A stretch of DNA of 64,000 bases from Selaginella moellendorffii. Lineage: Eukaryota > Plantae > Lycopodiophyta. The DNA is taken from NCBI RefSeq assembly GCF_000143415.4, contig NW_003314309.1, positions 1,361,897 through 1,425,896 of the forward strand, in the 5' to 3' direction. The stretch's first letter is position 1. The number at the start of each line of letters is the position of its first letter. The position numbers and the translations under genes were made by a program. Below the pieces are notes generated by a model. It was not told the DNA's origin, did no database searches, and saw only the letters and a program-made list of their open reading frames with translations. This document shows positions 23,929 through 37,642 of this stretch, in pieces.

Positions 23929-24780
23929 ATTGTAGGATTGCAGTATGGGAGAATAACTGGTTTACACAATAGAAGGATTGATAAATTTAGTGCGGAAATG
24001 GAGGTGCTGGCTGCCCTTGGCTCAGTAGGGGTTATTAGTCAATAGTCAATGAGGACATTGACATCTCTAAAGGGGGGATGAGTGTAGCGCATGTGATCAT
24101 GGGATGAGATTTAGATATACTGTCACCGTAAATCCTTGGAACTTTGGGGGATAAATGGGGATAAAATAGCCACTAAAGGCTCTCTCATCAAGCAATTGCC
24201 CTTTTTCTAGTTGGTTTAAGGGGAGAGAGATAGGATGTGCTACAACGGTGAAGTTAGGATTGCATTTGAGTAAGGACGTTCAAGATAAGCTTGATTTTGA
24301 GGAGACTGATCTAGCCATAGAACTTGATGAGATTCTGGTGGTGTGCAAATGGAATTTGCAAGTAGCTCAGGATAGAGTGGAGAAGTTTGCCAATGAGCAT
24401 CGCCAATTCCAGGAATATAAAGTGGGTGATTTCGTCTTTGTGCAAGTGATCTTTCCATCAAATGAGCGACAGAACACCTTGGTGCCTTTATGGACAGGGA
24501 AGAGTGATAAACTTTTCCATCGGTATGCTAGTCCATATAAAGTGCTAGAGCGCATTGGTAAAGCGGCTTATCAGGTGTGGCTACCAGCTGGGGTGAAAAT
24601 TCATTTGGTATTTTATGTCAACCAGTTGAAAAGTGTACTATCTCGGAGTGACAGGCCCAATGCCTCCTTAATGTATACAGCTGTGGAAGATGGACCAGAA
24701 GCTTGAGTAAGGTTCCCCAGAAAAGGTGATCACCGGTACAACTCGTCCTTGGGACAAGAACTTTGTTGGGGGGGAAGAAT

Positions 24781-25788
24781 CTACAATCAAGTGATCACCC
24801 CTTTAGCCAATTGGCTTAGGGTGTAAGGGTAGGATCCTAACATTGGTATCAGAGCTTAGTTTGATTCTTGTGGCTAACGAGTGGGGCAGGAATATTCTAA
24901 AGGATTATTCTACATGGAGAACCAAAGTTTGGTAAACCCTAAAAGAAGGACTATAGTGACTAGAGGGTGGCTTAAGTATGATTGTGGACGAGAGGGGAAG
25001 ATTGTTAGGCACCAAGTCAGGATAATAGAATAAAGAAAGGGCCCTACAATCAAGTGATGGTGACTGGAGGGTGGCTTAAGTATGATTGCAGATGATCATT
25101 CCCTGACGAGGGGAAGATTGTTAGGCACCAAGTCAGGATAATAGAATAAAGAAAGGGCCCTACAATCAAGTGATGGTGACTGGAGGGTGGCTTAAGTATG
25201 ATTGCGGATGATCATTCCCTAACGAGGGGAGGATTGTTAAGCACCACGTCAGGATAATAGGATAAAGAAAGGGCCCTACAATCAAGTGATGGTGATTGGA
25301 GGGTGGCTTAAGTATGATTGCGGACGATCATTCCCTGACAAGGGGAGGATTGTTAGGCACCACGTCAGGATAATAAAATAAAGAAAGGGCCCTACAATCA
25401 AGTGATGGTGACTGGAGGGTGGCTTAAATATGATTGCGGACGATCATTCCCTGACAAGGGGAGGATTGTTAGGCACTAGGTCAGGATAATAGGATAAAGA
25501 AAGGGCCTTACAATCAAGTGATGGTGACTGGAGGGTGGCTTAAATATGATTGTCATTCCCTGATGAGGGGAGGATTGTTAAGCACCATGTCAGGATAATA
25601 GGATAAAGAAAGGGCCCTACAATCAAGTGATGGTGACTGGAGGGTGGCTTAAATATGATTGTCATTCCCTGACGAGGGGAGGATTGTTAAGCACCATGTC
25701 AGGATAATAGGATAAAAAAAGGGCCCTACAATCAAGTGATCACCCCTTTAGCCAGTTGGCTTAAGGTGTAAGGGATAGGATCCTAATA
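24781..25788 (+). mobile_element. TRIM E with a 7-unit tandem array (116/109-bp period) of PPT region + 5' half of LTR
   Basis: LTR end ..GATCCTAACA followed by PBS TGGTATCAGAGC at 24844; LTR starts TGTTAGGCACC/TGTTAAGCACC at 25003, 25119, 25235, 25351, 25467, 25576 and 25685, each preceded by a polypurine tract. Confidence 0.88.
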
Positions 25789-27500
25789 GATAAGATTTGG
25801 GAGTAGCACCCAAGTGATTGATCTGATGGTGACCCCAACTGAGTGACTCCTCTCACATATAGTTGAGGGGTGAATTCCTGAAATATCTTGACATCAAATT
25901 TCACTTGACTGTGGTTGACCCATTAAGCCAAGATTCCAAGCTTCTTCTATTGCTTATTACATCACACTCCATTGCTCTCACACCTCTATGTCATCCTCTC
26001 TTTCTTTCCTTGCTTCTCCTTTTATCCTCTTTTCTCCTATGGTTTTTTTCCTATGTTTTTCCTCTCTTCTTTTCCTTGCACTCTTCAAGCTTATTCTCCC
26101 AAACACAAGAACACTCAATTTACTCTTTTCTAGTTCTTTTCCTTTGCTTTCCATCCTCCATGAATCATATTGTCCCCTCTAATTCAATCTATACTATTCT
26201 CTCCTGTGGAAAATCTTTCATTCCCTCAACTTTACCACCTTTTCTACTCTAAACCAAGGTGGAAACATTTACCTTTGCTTCCAAGTCCACAATTTGGGAC
26301 AAAAATCCAGTTGACACCCTTGAAGGATCATCATCCTTTGTTGCAGTCATGGATAAGCTGATGCTACAGGGGAACTTGCCTCTTCTAGTATCCAGATTGC
26401 TAATCCCATGTCAAGGAATCTCCTCATGCACTCTTTACCTCAGACTGCTTACTCTTGCCCTCAGCCTGATATGTCTTCGGTGGCAATGCTGGCTACGGTC
26501 ACTTAACCAATCTCCAAGTGCACGGAACGTCTCCTCGATAATGAATGCTACACATTGCTCTGAGATCCCCTTACTAGAATCCAGCACAAAAGAGTGGGAG
26601 GACGTGAGTGAAATTGGTAAGAGATTCTTCAGCAAGAGTCTTTTCATTATGAGAGGAAATGACCATTGGCTCTTCCATTTAATGATGCTGCAGCTGCTAA
26701 ATCTTCACCAAGGTGTTGCTCCTCCTTGCCAATCTCTTGAAGTCTTGGGTGACTTCAAGAGATACGCATATCTTCAATACGCATTTAAAGTGCCAACGAT
26801 TCACCATTGTGAATATTAGGGAAAGCTGACTGTAAGAGAAAAAAGTGCCACTTGTTGCTAGTGCCATATGCCAACATGCATACCTCTTTATTTTTCCCAC
26901 TCTTTTCTCTCCCTTTCTGTCTTTCCACTTTTCTTTCTATTTTCATTAGATTTATATTTATATTTCTGATCCTAAGGCGGTTTAGATGCTCTAGCAGTAT
27001 CTAATGATCAAGTCTTGGGTCTCTTCACCTTGATAGACCTGATTATCGGACGAAAACAATGTCAGAACAGAAAACTAAGACATTTCAAGGCGGAGTGCAC
27101 GAAAAAAAACATTTAAAAGGAAGAAGAAAAGAACAAACATCTTGCAAGCGGGGGGTGATTTCCTGGTGTTCCAATGAAAATATCCAAAAACCTGAAGAAG
27201 ATGCTTGTAATTGAAAAAAGGTGTCACAAGCATGATTGCCATCAATAGTTCTTCTCTTTTCCTTTGGCATTTCTGATCTTCTTGATCACAAAGTGTGAGT
27301 GCATGGAATATGGAAAGGGAATACAAAAATATGTATATCAATTAGCCCAAAAACCCTAGCTTATATACATGAGTGAGTGGTCCAGATTGAAACCAATCCG
27401 ACGGCTACCAAAATCCCACTACGCTAATATTAGTATACGGCATTGTAGCCGTACACTTGGCCCTCACATCATCCCCTCCTCTTGGAATAATGGAAGGCTA

Positions 27501-30500
27501 TCAGGGTTCTCTTGAAGATGGGCCGGGATCTGGAGGAATGTCAGCAGGAGGCACTGGCGGATCTATAGACAGCATTAACTGCTCCTGATCCCTTTGTATG
27601 AAGCGTTTCAATTGCTGCACATGCACAATCTCTGGAGGATCGGCTTGCTGGACGTCATGCCAAACCTCATAAACTTGCGGTCCAACTTGCCGCAACACCC
27701 GATATGGTCCTTTCCACTGCGCAAGGAGCCCCTTAGATAAACCACGTATCGTAAGATGGGGAAAATGGACTAACACCAAATCATCCACTTTGTACTCTGC
27801 AGGTGGACGATGATGGGAGTTGTAGCGCCGTTGTTGTCCCACTTGTACGCGGCCTAAGTGTTCGGCAGACTCTGCTCAGACAAGTGGAAGAATGCTCGTC
27901 AAATATTGATCCCATGACCTAGCATCAGGAGCTCGTGGTAATCGCGAAGGTAAACCCAGCTCCGTTGGTAATATTGAATCATGACCATATAGAAGTTTAT
28001 ATGGTGAAGCACCAATAGAACTCAGCACCTCTGTGACATAGGCATACCGAAGAGATGGCAAATAACCATCCCAATCCGAATGCTAAAAGTTCACATACTT
28101 CGCAATCATCCCTTTGAATGTCTGAACGAGCCGTTCCACCAGACCGTTTGATTGTGGATGATAAGCACTCGTAAAAGTGTGGCGTATCCCCAATCGAGAC
28201 GTTAAAACATGAAATACCTCAGCCATAAATGCAGGACCATTATCCAAAAGAATCCGCTCTGGACAAGAATGTTGGAACACCACTCAATTGAGGAGAAAGT
28301 ATCCAATAGCAGTTGCAGAGGCGCTAGCAAGAGCACCAACTTCCACCCAACGAGTCAAGTAGTCAGAACCAATAATAACATACTCATTGCCAGCAGTCGA
28401 CCGTGGAAAAGGTCCCATAAGATCAAACGCCACCAGCTCAAACAGATGGGAAACTGCAATTGACTCCAACCGTTCTTCCGCAGCACAAGGGGGAGTATTA
28501 TGAGCTTGGCACCAAACGCAGCTACGCACATACTGAATAACATCACGTCGCATCTTTGGCCAATAGAAAGACCTGCGCAGCTTCTCGGTCACACGACGAT
28601 GTCCCATATGCCCACCTAGAACAGGAGAATCATGGTAGGCATGGAGAAACCGTGGAATAAAGATAGAAGGCACCACCAGTCGTAAATGATCATCAGGATC
28701 CGTCCCCACAAAATAAAAAAGGCCATCTTCAAGGCGATATTGAGAATGTAAATGCTGGAAAGGCAAGTCATCAGCAAGTGATGCAGGATCCTCAAATGCA
28801 TCTCGAAGCCTTCAAATTCACAGCTCAATCTTTTGAGCCTCGCGAACCTCATCAAGAGAAGGTAGATCTTGCTCTGCGCCTTGTGGACACTAAACATCAA
28901 GTATAGCAACCGCCGACAGCACGGAATCCTCGTCTAGAAAATCCACAAATGCTGGAACAACAGGCTCATCATAAACATGAGAAGAAAGTGGAGAAGGAAG
29001 AGGAGCTCGAGAAAGGGCATCAGCATCAGCCATAGAACTCCCTGGGCAATGAACAACATCAAAATCATATATCTGAAGCTTTAAAGCCCACCGAGCAATA
29101 CGACTAACCAGGTTCTTCCACTTTAATAATAAAATAACAGCAGCATGGTCACCTTCAAGTAACGTTCGAAAACCATGTAGATATGCATGAAGTTTCTTGA
29201 AACCCCAAACTGCCGCTAAACACTCCTTCTTTGTCGTGGAGTAGTTCACCTCTATTGGTTGTAACGTACGGCTTATATATGCAATGGGATGACGCTGACC
29301 AGGCACACTCGGGCTTTCTTGCATTAACACACTTCCAAGACCAATATCAGAAGCATCAACGTGCAAAATAAAAGGTCGAGTGTAGTCAAGATATGCCAAA
29401 ACCGAAGGAGTCGTCAACAGCTCTTTGAGATCCACAAATGCCCGCTCACAATCTGAAGACCAGATGAAAGATGACGTTGATGACTTCAGCAATGTTCGCA
29501 ACGGTGCAGTGCAATCAAAAAGATGATCCACAAAACGACCGAGATACTGCACCTTGCCCAGGAAGCGCTACACATCATTCACACACTTCGGAGTAGGGAA
29601 CTTTAGAACGGCTACGAGTTTGTCAGGATCAACTTGCAAACCCTCACGAGAAATACGGTACCCAAGATAAGTTGTGTCCTTAGACCCAAACACGCACTTC
29701 GACCACTTCAGCTTTAAACCAATATCCCGTAGCCAATCCAACACTTTACACACATCACGAACGTGCTCTGCCCACGTCCCCTCCGAGTGAATCAAGATAT
29801 CATCAATGAAGTCAACAGTCACCTCTAGCATATCACAAAGAACCTCGTTCATCATCCGCTGAAAAGTTGCTGGAGCATTGTTCAAACCAAACGGCATCAC
29901 CAAGAACTCGTACAAACCAAATGGTGTATGAAAAACAGTCTTAGGAATATCTTCATCGGCCATCGGTACTTGCCAGTACCCAAAAGCAAGATCTAGCTTG
30001 GTGAACCAACGACTTCGCCCCAGACGATCCAAGAGATCAGCAATGTGAGGAAGAGGGTACACATCCAGGATCGTCACTTCATTTAACGGACGATAGTCGA
30101 TGCAGAAATGAATACTCCCATTAGGCTTCGTCACAAGATGAGGTTCACATGCTCAAGGACTCCGCGACTTCCGAATAACAACCTTCTCCAACATCTCCTT
30201 GACATTTATACGTAAAATCTTGATCTCCTTGGGTGACCGACGACGAACAGGAACCTTGATTGGACGAGCATCCCCGGTTGGAATGGGATGACGTGTGGCA
30301 ATCTTGGCCCCAAACGATAGGTCAAATTCAAAGAGATCAAAATACTCCTTCATGAGCTGATCAACAGCTGCAACACAAAGATCATCGGCGGGATCAGAAA
30401 AGGGAAGAGCAGAACAAGATGGAAACACAAGAGGAAATAATGGGGGAACAAAAGTAATGGAAGCAAAGGTAGAAGTAGAGGGACGAAGAGGTACAAAAGT

Positions 30501-31897
30501 GAGAGGAATGGATGAAACATAAGGAAGTATGAGACAAGGGGGAGAAGCCTTAAAGTCACACTTGGCATGACTTGGCATGATTGCGCTGCAACCAATCCAT
30601 ACCAAGAATGAGGTCAAAAGCTTGACTCGGCACCACCCGCAACGACTGCAACTCAAGCTCGAGATCACCCACATGCACAACCAGGTCCGCCTCATCTCGT
30701 GCACATGCATGTGTACGGCCATTGCCATAAAGAATGAAAATTGGATCCGCCGCACGACGCAAGTGTAGACAACAACGTGTGGCAACAGGTCGAACAATAG
30801 AAGATAAACTCGAACCTGTATCAACCAACACGGAGAGAAGAATAAGAGACCTCTTGTTATAAAAACGAGCTTGGAAAGTAAACACTGGATGAACCAGTGC
30901 CGAGTGAACCCCTTGATGATACTTCTGAAAGAAAGATGGAGGGTCACTAACTTATTCACGCAAGGTCCCTCCATTACTTGCGCGACTCCTCGTTTCCCGA
31001 ATGCACCTTGGTATCCAAACTTTCCACCGCAGCAGCACCAATGGGACGTTGCTGACGCCAAGGTCTCCACCCAAGAAATGGAGGTCGCCAATCCGGAAAG
31101 CGCCAACAATGTTGATAAGTATGACCAACTTCATCACACGCCCAGCAATGAACATCACGGCCACGACCACGTCCTCGCCCTTGTCCTTGGACTTGAGTAG
31201 CAGCAGCATCAACCTCCATGGGAACAGGACCATCACTCATAGGAAGTGGAGCTGAAGGACGTGTAGCGAGAAGTGGAAGAGGTGACGTCTCATAACGTTG
31301 TGCCAAGTGAAGAGCATCGTCAAGAGTGGCAGGAGCAAGTGCATGCACAAGTCCGACAAGATCTTGACGAAGTGCTGGCCACAACATTCCTAGCTTGATC
31401 CGCTCCAACATATTTGGCTCCGCACGAAGCAAAAGACTTCGGAAATGAATGCCAAATTGCATCACCGACTCAGATGGCCCTTGGCGAAGACGATGCAATT
31501 GTTGGAAGGCATCATCACAATCGTCGGCGTGTCCGAAGGTGCGTTTGAAGACGTCCGGAAGAACACTCCAATCGCCACGAGTGGCTGCGCTTAATCCATT
31601 GTACCACTGCAATGCCGTCCCTTGGAGACATGTGGGGAACTCACACAAACGTCAAGCATCATCCCAAGAATGATATGTGGCAATCACCGTGAAGTGATCG
31701 AACCAATTTTACACATCATCCTCAGGATTCCCACGAAAGAACTCCGGCCGAACGCGAGGATTGGCACTAAGAGCAGAAGTTGTACCATGTGCCGTGAATG
31801 CCGCCATCAACTGAGTTTGGTTGTTCAATTGCAAGCGCATAGCATCAAGCAATTGAACCAACTGCTGCTCTAGAGTCAAAGGAGGAGATTGCAAATC
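27501..31897 (-). pseudogene. gag-pol of element C, with stops and frameshifts; its ATG lies at 50818-50820
   Basis: ORFs 30974-31648 (gag), 30556-30885 (PR), 29568-30134 (RT), 28890-29552 (RH), 27501-28766 (IN). Confidence 0.92.
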
Positions 31898-34499
31898 TGT
31901 AGCGCACATGGTTTTGACCCTTTATCCTATGGTGATTTACCATAGGATAACACTACAAAGCAGAACCTAAACCCTCTTTGTGCCACGTGACAGATGCCAC
32001 ATGTCACATGCCACGTGTCCATGCCACGTGTCCACAGGAACCCGAGGTTCAAGGCCTTGGGCCACTGAACGAAGGAACGGTGCCAAACTCCCAAACATGG
32101 AGCCAAGGAGTGACGGAACCGAACCACGGAGCAACTCCCGAGCATAAAGCCCAAGGAGCGAAGGGATAGGAGCCTGGATTGACTTGGAACAGTCCTGGAG
32201 CAACCAGCATCCCAGTGCCAGGACCAGTACGCAAAACAGAGCCAAACGAAGTCTGGCGCTATTTCGGCATACCAGTGGCCTAACGCGAGGATATGGGTAC
32301 TCCACCAACTAGCATGGAATGGAACTTGGGCTTAGACCCAAGCCGGACGCAGAACAAGGACAGGCACGCAAGCGGGAGCTAGACTATGCCTCAGGTTGGT
32401 CGGCCATGCCCAACCTCCCCCTTTTCCTTTTTAAAATTTTGGAAACCCCCAAAGGCCCCCCCCCCCCCCCCCCCCCCCCCCCCTTGAGGAACACACGCTT
32501 TGGGCTTTCACCCCAAGCCTCCTTTAGTATCAAGAGTTAGTCTCTGGGACAAGCTCGAAACTTACTAAATATGGAATGTCCTTAGATTGCAAATTTGGAC
32601 ACGGGACGAACACCATTGTGTTCAAGCCGATCTCTACATTCCGTAGATATGCCAAATGAGCAAATCTGGACACTTTCCATAAATAGCATTTAGGACCGAA
32701 ATGAGACTAACACAAAGGGCATGATAGTGAGGGTGTTTGGCAGACACGGTAAGCTATCATGTAGCGATATTGAGGGACCAATCTCAATACGCGAGGGTTC
32801 TTGTCAAGCCAGTGCAAGACAGAGCAAAAGAGAACTAACAAGCCGGGCCAAGTATGCTCAGCTAAATAGACACTTAGGAATTCCTTCCTTATGCTCATCC
32901 AGCCAAGTATAGATGCAAAGTCCAGTTTACTAACACTTGAACAAGAGGGGCTAATAAAGGGAACCAGCAATACCGACCTCCTGCCATCGTGGCAGTAAGG
33001 TAAGAGTGTCCGTAAGGACTAGTCGACAGGTAACTTTCGATACCCGAAGTCACATTCGCGACACTCTCCCCCCCTAGGGAAGATCGACGTCCTCATCGAT
33101 GCATACTCGAGTCTAGAATACCGCCAAGGAAACAACTCCAGAAAAAGTTCACGGTACTCACACTATGTGAGAAATGCACCAACTTAAATGAGTTAGGGGA
33201 ACCTCTTTGTCTAACGCGGATGCGCTACCAGCTCAGACACCTTCCGGCCGTCGCCGACAAGGAAATGACCAACGGAGTCAGCCACCCTTGCTGCTCTGGG
33301 AGTCACCCAGCTTACAAAAGTGTGATATGCCCCTGCCCGCAAAGACATAGAGAGAGAAGCTAGAGGCCCCAACCATGCTCTATTTCGTTAAAGTGGGATT
33401 TATTCAGTAAAATGGGACTAGGTACAAATTTTCAAGTATTTGAAAATGACGTGAAATTATATGTTTTTTGTCCAGGGGCTAGACATATCTGGGGCATGGT
33501 GACTAGCGCGGTGACTTTATGTCCAGACTGAGTCCATCTGGTTGTATAATAAATCTCATTGTCAAGGTGAACAAGCCGAATCTGAAGCTAAAGAAGAGCG
33601 ATGGCATGCGCGCACACACTATTTGTTTGTTCATTGAGCGTGTGGTGAGCTTTCCAAGATGAACGTCATTCCTATTAGCCAGACATATAACTTAATGGTG
33701 AGAACATTTAGATATTATTCAATGTTATCTTTTTCTAACGAATCTAATTGTGAAGGTGTAGCAAGAGGCATTGCTAGTCTGGAGAAGTCATTTAACTCAT
33801 TTGACCCTTAGTGTATTTTCATGAAACTAAATAACATTCATATTATTAAGGAATTTCTCTAGTACCTTTTTTTTACGACATAGAGGCTTGCATTTCTTTC
33901 AAAGGTGATTTAGTAAAAGGCCTGAGGGCACATGCCATTCTATTTCTCAGACCGGTATTAAGATATACTAGTGCAAAGGGAAAAAGGTATTTGGTGATCA
34001 AGTAAATGGCATGAGGGCACACGCCATTATAAGCCTAAGCGCTAGTGGACACCTCCTTTTTGGTACTCTCAGCGGTACTATCATCCTTCTCCGGGTCAGT
34101 TGTTTTGCTTTGGATTGTTGTCTCTGACGTTACTGGGGCGTTCTCGATAGTTGTTAATGTTGTCGTTTGTTCAGAAAAATGATCACCTGGAGTATAGTAC
34201 GGGGAGTTTGGAAGACTTATATATTCTACATCTTCACCTATCTCCTTCTCCGTCTCCTTTTCTGCCTCACTTACAGATTTTGTGCTTGCCATGAGAATGC
34301 TCTTCACCCTAAAATATGGAGTTCGTTGTGTTATAAAAGGAAACCAACACACTCGCTGCAAGGGAATGATGGTACATAAAGCACGTAAGCGCACAATATG
34401 GGTTTATGTGCCATTAATATGGGCCACACGCCATATTATTAGATTTATGCACGTGTGATTGGTAAATGCATATGTCACATCATCTCAGGCCACATGCCA

Positions 34500-37400
34500 T
34501 CACGCCTCCTCTGATTCAGATTCGGATTGTTCACCTTGAAATAAAATACATTAGAAACTTAGTAAAGGAATATTAATGAATCTCACCTTGAACCCGGGTT
34601 ATGAATGCTCTTGCTGCATCTCTTGCATGGTCTGGCAAGGTGATGGTGGCACTCTGCTTCCGCATCCAACCATGCACAACATTATCCACCGATATGCTCA
34701 TGCTGGGATCCCTTGGATTCAGCACCCATCTCTTTTCTAGGCAATCCTTTGTATATCCGGAACTTGGCTTGAACCACTCCACAGTTACATTGAAGGAGTT
34801 AGTTTCCGCGTCCTCCTCTGCATCAGTGATGCAACGCCCCACCCATATCATTTGTTTTTTATTACTGGGTCTGACAAGCACGACCATTCCTTTGCAGACC
34901 TGTACTGGATTGAATGCTGAATCCGGCTTCTTGTTCCTCGGCCCACAATAGTGATCCTCAACATCGTTATCTGTCACTGCATTTCCAGAGGACATTGTTC
35001 CGCTACTATCTGGTGCTCTGGGTTCTGGCCAAAAGGACTCTTCCAATTCTTCATATACAACCGGCCCATTTTGGATAGCAGATATAATCTTCTCCCAGTA
35101 TTCGAGCAAAGGCTTGCACCTCTGAAAATAGGATTCTCCACCAAACACCAACCCCCTCTTCCAGAAGGTAATATGCTGTCTAATCCCGGCCACTATACTT
35201 TCCTGGTCTTTGAGTCCATCCGGGTGCATCGGCCGTGGGGAACCCTGAGGAATCATAGGTTCCCCAGTTATGGGATCTCTCTTGAAGAGTTCAATGCCGT
35301 CCACTGGCAGCCACACTGTGTCCCATTCTCTCATCTTGTACCTCATCACTGGAGCACCGTCACACATGCTGAAATGAAACTGAAGAGGCTTGGAGTGGCC
35401 AATCAGCGTTTCGGATCCGTCCCTGATGTGGCCTCTTACAAACCCCTTAAAGTCTGGAACCTCTGTCAGAAGTGCAGCTTCAACAGTGCCTTTGATGCAA
35501 TTTTGGAATTCATCGTAGAGTTGTGGGAGGGTGAGGACATTGGATCGCCGGAGGGACTCTGCCAGGTGACTGAACATGGCATTGACGTCTTCATGAGTGT
35601 GCCCAACCATGAGAAAGCCAAGTGTAACCGTTTCAAATATGCCTTTGGCAACAAGCATTGCCAAGTACGCGAAGACGTACATGTTTTTGTTCTCACTGCC
35701 AGCATTGTCTGTTTGGAGCAAAAGATGGGGTGGAAGGCCACATCGGCCGCAAGAACTTCCTTGAGATTTTGCTTCGTTTGGATGAGGCTGTGCATTCACC
35801 GGGCGACCAGCCTCGTCGGAATGGCATGAGGCCTCACATGATAACCCTACAATCTGACGGCCAACATATTCACTGGGATGGCATGGGGCCCCACGCGATA
35901 CTGCAAGCCTTTGCTCCTCCTCCAGCTGAACCCTGTATGGGGTTCGATCGACAAGGGCCTTATGCAAGGGTTGGCCGTTCAGCTCAGTCTGCGCACTTTG
36001 CAGAGACCTTAAGTGTTTTGCTAGGGACGCAATCATCATGTTTGCACCCTCGCCACCCCATAGAGGTACAAAGAAGTTCCCATAGTTCTGGGCACCATGC
36101 CCATGAGCGATTATGCCAAACAGAGACACAAGCAGCTGCATGGATGAAGAGATTGCCTTGGGGGCAGGATTGAGTCGAGGTAAGCACGTCTTTTTCTGGT
36201 CCATTTTGTCGTGGATGATGCAGAGGTAAGAGTCAGGTCTCTCCATGGAGAGAATCCTGTTATGATAATATGCAGTCCTGCAGCTTCTCTGCTCGATGTT
36301 GTGGTCGAGCCGCCTTCTAACCAACGTCTCTCGCTCTTGAGCGCTGCAAGAATTCTTCGACAAAGCCATTTTGATAGCAGTGCACTCGTCACACTTTGAA
36401 AAGCTGGAGTACTTTCCTATATTCACATCCCTGAACCTGTTGCTCCACAATCTACTAAATCTAGATTGGCTCAGCTTCCTGTAGCCATTACTCTGGAGTT
36501 CCCGATTCACATCTTCCAATATGGCCCCCCTTGGTATACATGGAAGGGAGAACTCGTTGGGTGTCTCGTGTTCCATCTTCACAGAGGCGGGTTTTATGTG
36601 GTTGCTACTCGCTACATGTCTTGACAAACCTTTTGAAGATTGCCTCTCCATATACAACATGACCCCTGGTTTTGTGCGTACCGTCGTTCCCATGGACTGC
36701 CTGTTGAACCCTTTGTTCCTCGAACTCAGTTTTGATTCTGTAGAATGTGGTTCGAGGGACTCCATAAATGATTCTCCATGCCTTCATGCAGACCAAACCC
36801 CTCTGGAAGACCATGCCCCCCACCTGATGTTCTGAAGCATCAACAGATGACCGTAATGCCTCATACACAAAATTGCGAGCTGCCTTCCAGGACAATGTCT
36901 TGTATCTTGCTCTCTCCTCTTCAATAGCATCCCAATCAGCATGTTGACAGCACCTCCTCTTGCAACAAGCAACTGTCGAGACCATTCGAACCTCCATCGC
37001 CATTTTCTGCCTTTTCGGTTCGTTGCTCAGATCCCTTTGGCTGCGCTTTAGGAAGGTGTACTTTCTTTTCCCATGAAGAGATGTTCTGTCATCAGTTGTA
37101 GTGGTGTTTGATTGTGAATCCTTCACATTCTCAAACACTAAGTGCCTCAATTTCCACCGCACAATGCTTCCAATAGTCAAACTGTTTTCTTCTGTGTCAA
37201 CAACCTCTAAAATCGCAACTCCAATATCATCCCAGCCCAATTCTTGATTAGCAACCGCATCTCTTGGATCGACAACTGTGGCTAAGCCCTCAGCTACCAC
37301 CTCCCCCTCGGGGTTGTTTAGAAACACCTTTGCCTGAATCCATGTAGCACGGTTCTTAAGATCCACGGAGGGAACATGCGTCGCACTTGCGTTGTCCCCA

Positions 37401-37642
37401 ACATCTGCTTTCTTCTGAAGATTTTTCAAGGCAACAACAATATTTACCCCGACGACCATCTCTCCTCGTTCAATAGCGACCACATTCCCATCGAAGACAG
37501 TCTCTACTGATACAGCAGCATTGCCTTCCCCAAGCCTTTGACAGTGTATAACAAAGTTCCGATCCATAGACACAAGGGTCCCTTTTGCAACTCTCTTCCC
37601 ACCATTCAAAATGTAAACCTTTTCCCCAACCCTGAAGGCCAT
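34500..37642 (-). pseudogene. Sola-like DDE/D transposase (~1000 aa) with one premature stop and one frameshift
   Basis: CDECT, IIHDKMDQKK, LLLQTDNAGSENKN, FLMVGHTHEDVNAMFS; ORFs 36605-37642 and 34573-36765 join via TAG (36605-36607) and a +1 in the C6 run 36525-36530; probable small last exon GEQSESESEEA* ending at 34500. Confidence 0.8.

Larger units (their letters stand above)
22910..24244 (+). mobile_element. TRIM D (LTRs 22910-23069 and 24083-24244) inserted in the integrase of element A
   Basis: ~160-bp TG..CA direct repeats; PPT AAAGGGGGGATGAG; TSD ATGGT/ACGGT. Confidence 0.9.
18140..24780 (+). mobile_element. Degenerate Ty3/Gypsy element A (gag-PR-RT-RH-IN), interrupted by a solo LTR and nested TRIMs; 3' LTR not found
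   Basis: Gag with CHHCGKLGYYKANC knuckle (18316-18876); RT IDYRALN and FLDDILVY; RH CDASGYALGGVL; IN zinc finger and YASPYKVL; many stops; putative 5' LTR 18140-18306. Confidence 0.9.

Noticed and set aside
24955-25788. Possible CRISPR-like array
   Set aside because: Units repeat over their full length with no unique spacers; they are PPT+LTR pieces of a TRIM, and there are no cas genes in this eukaryotic context
25800-27280. ORFs 25863-26252 and 26259-26819 as genes
   Set aside because: No recognisable motifs; pyrimidine-rich, probably decayed repeat DNA
34035-34394. 119-aa ORF as a third transposon gene
   Set aside because: Short, low-complexity, no motif; cannot be supported without other copies
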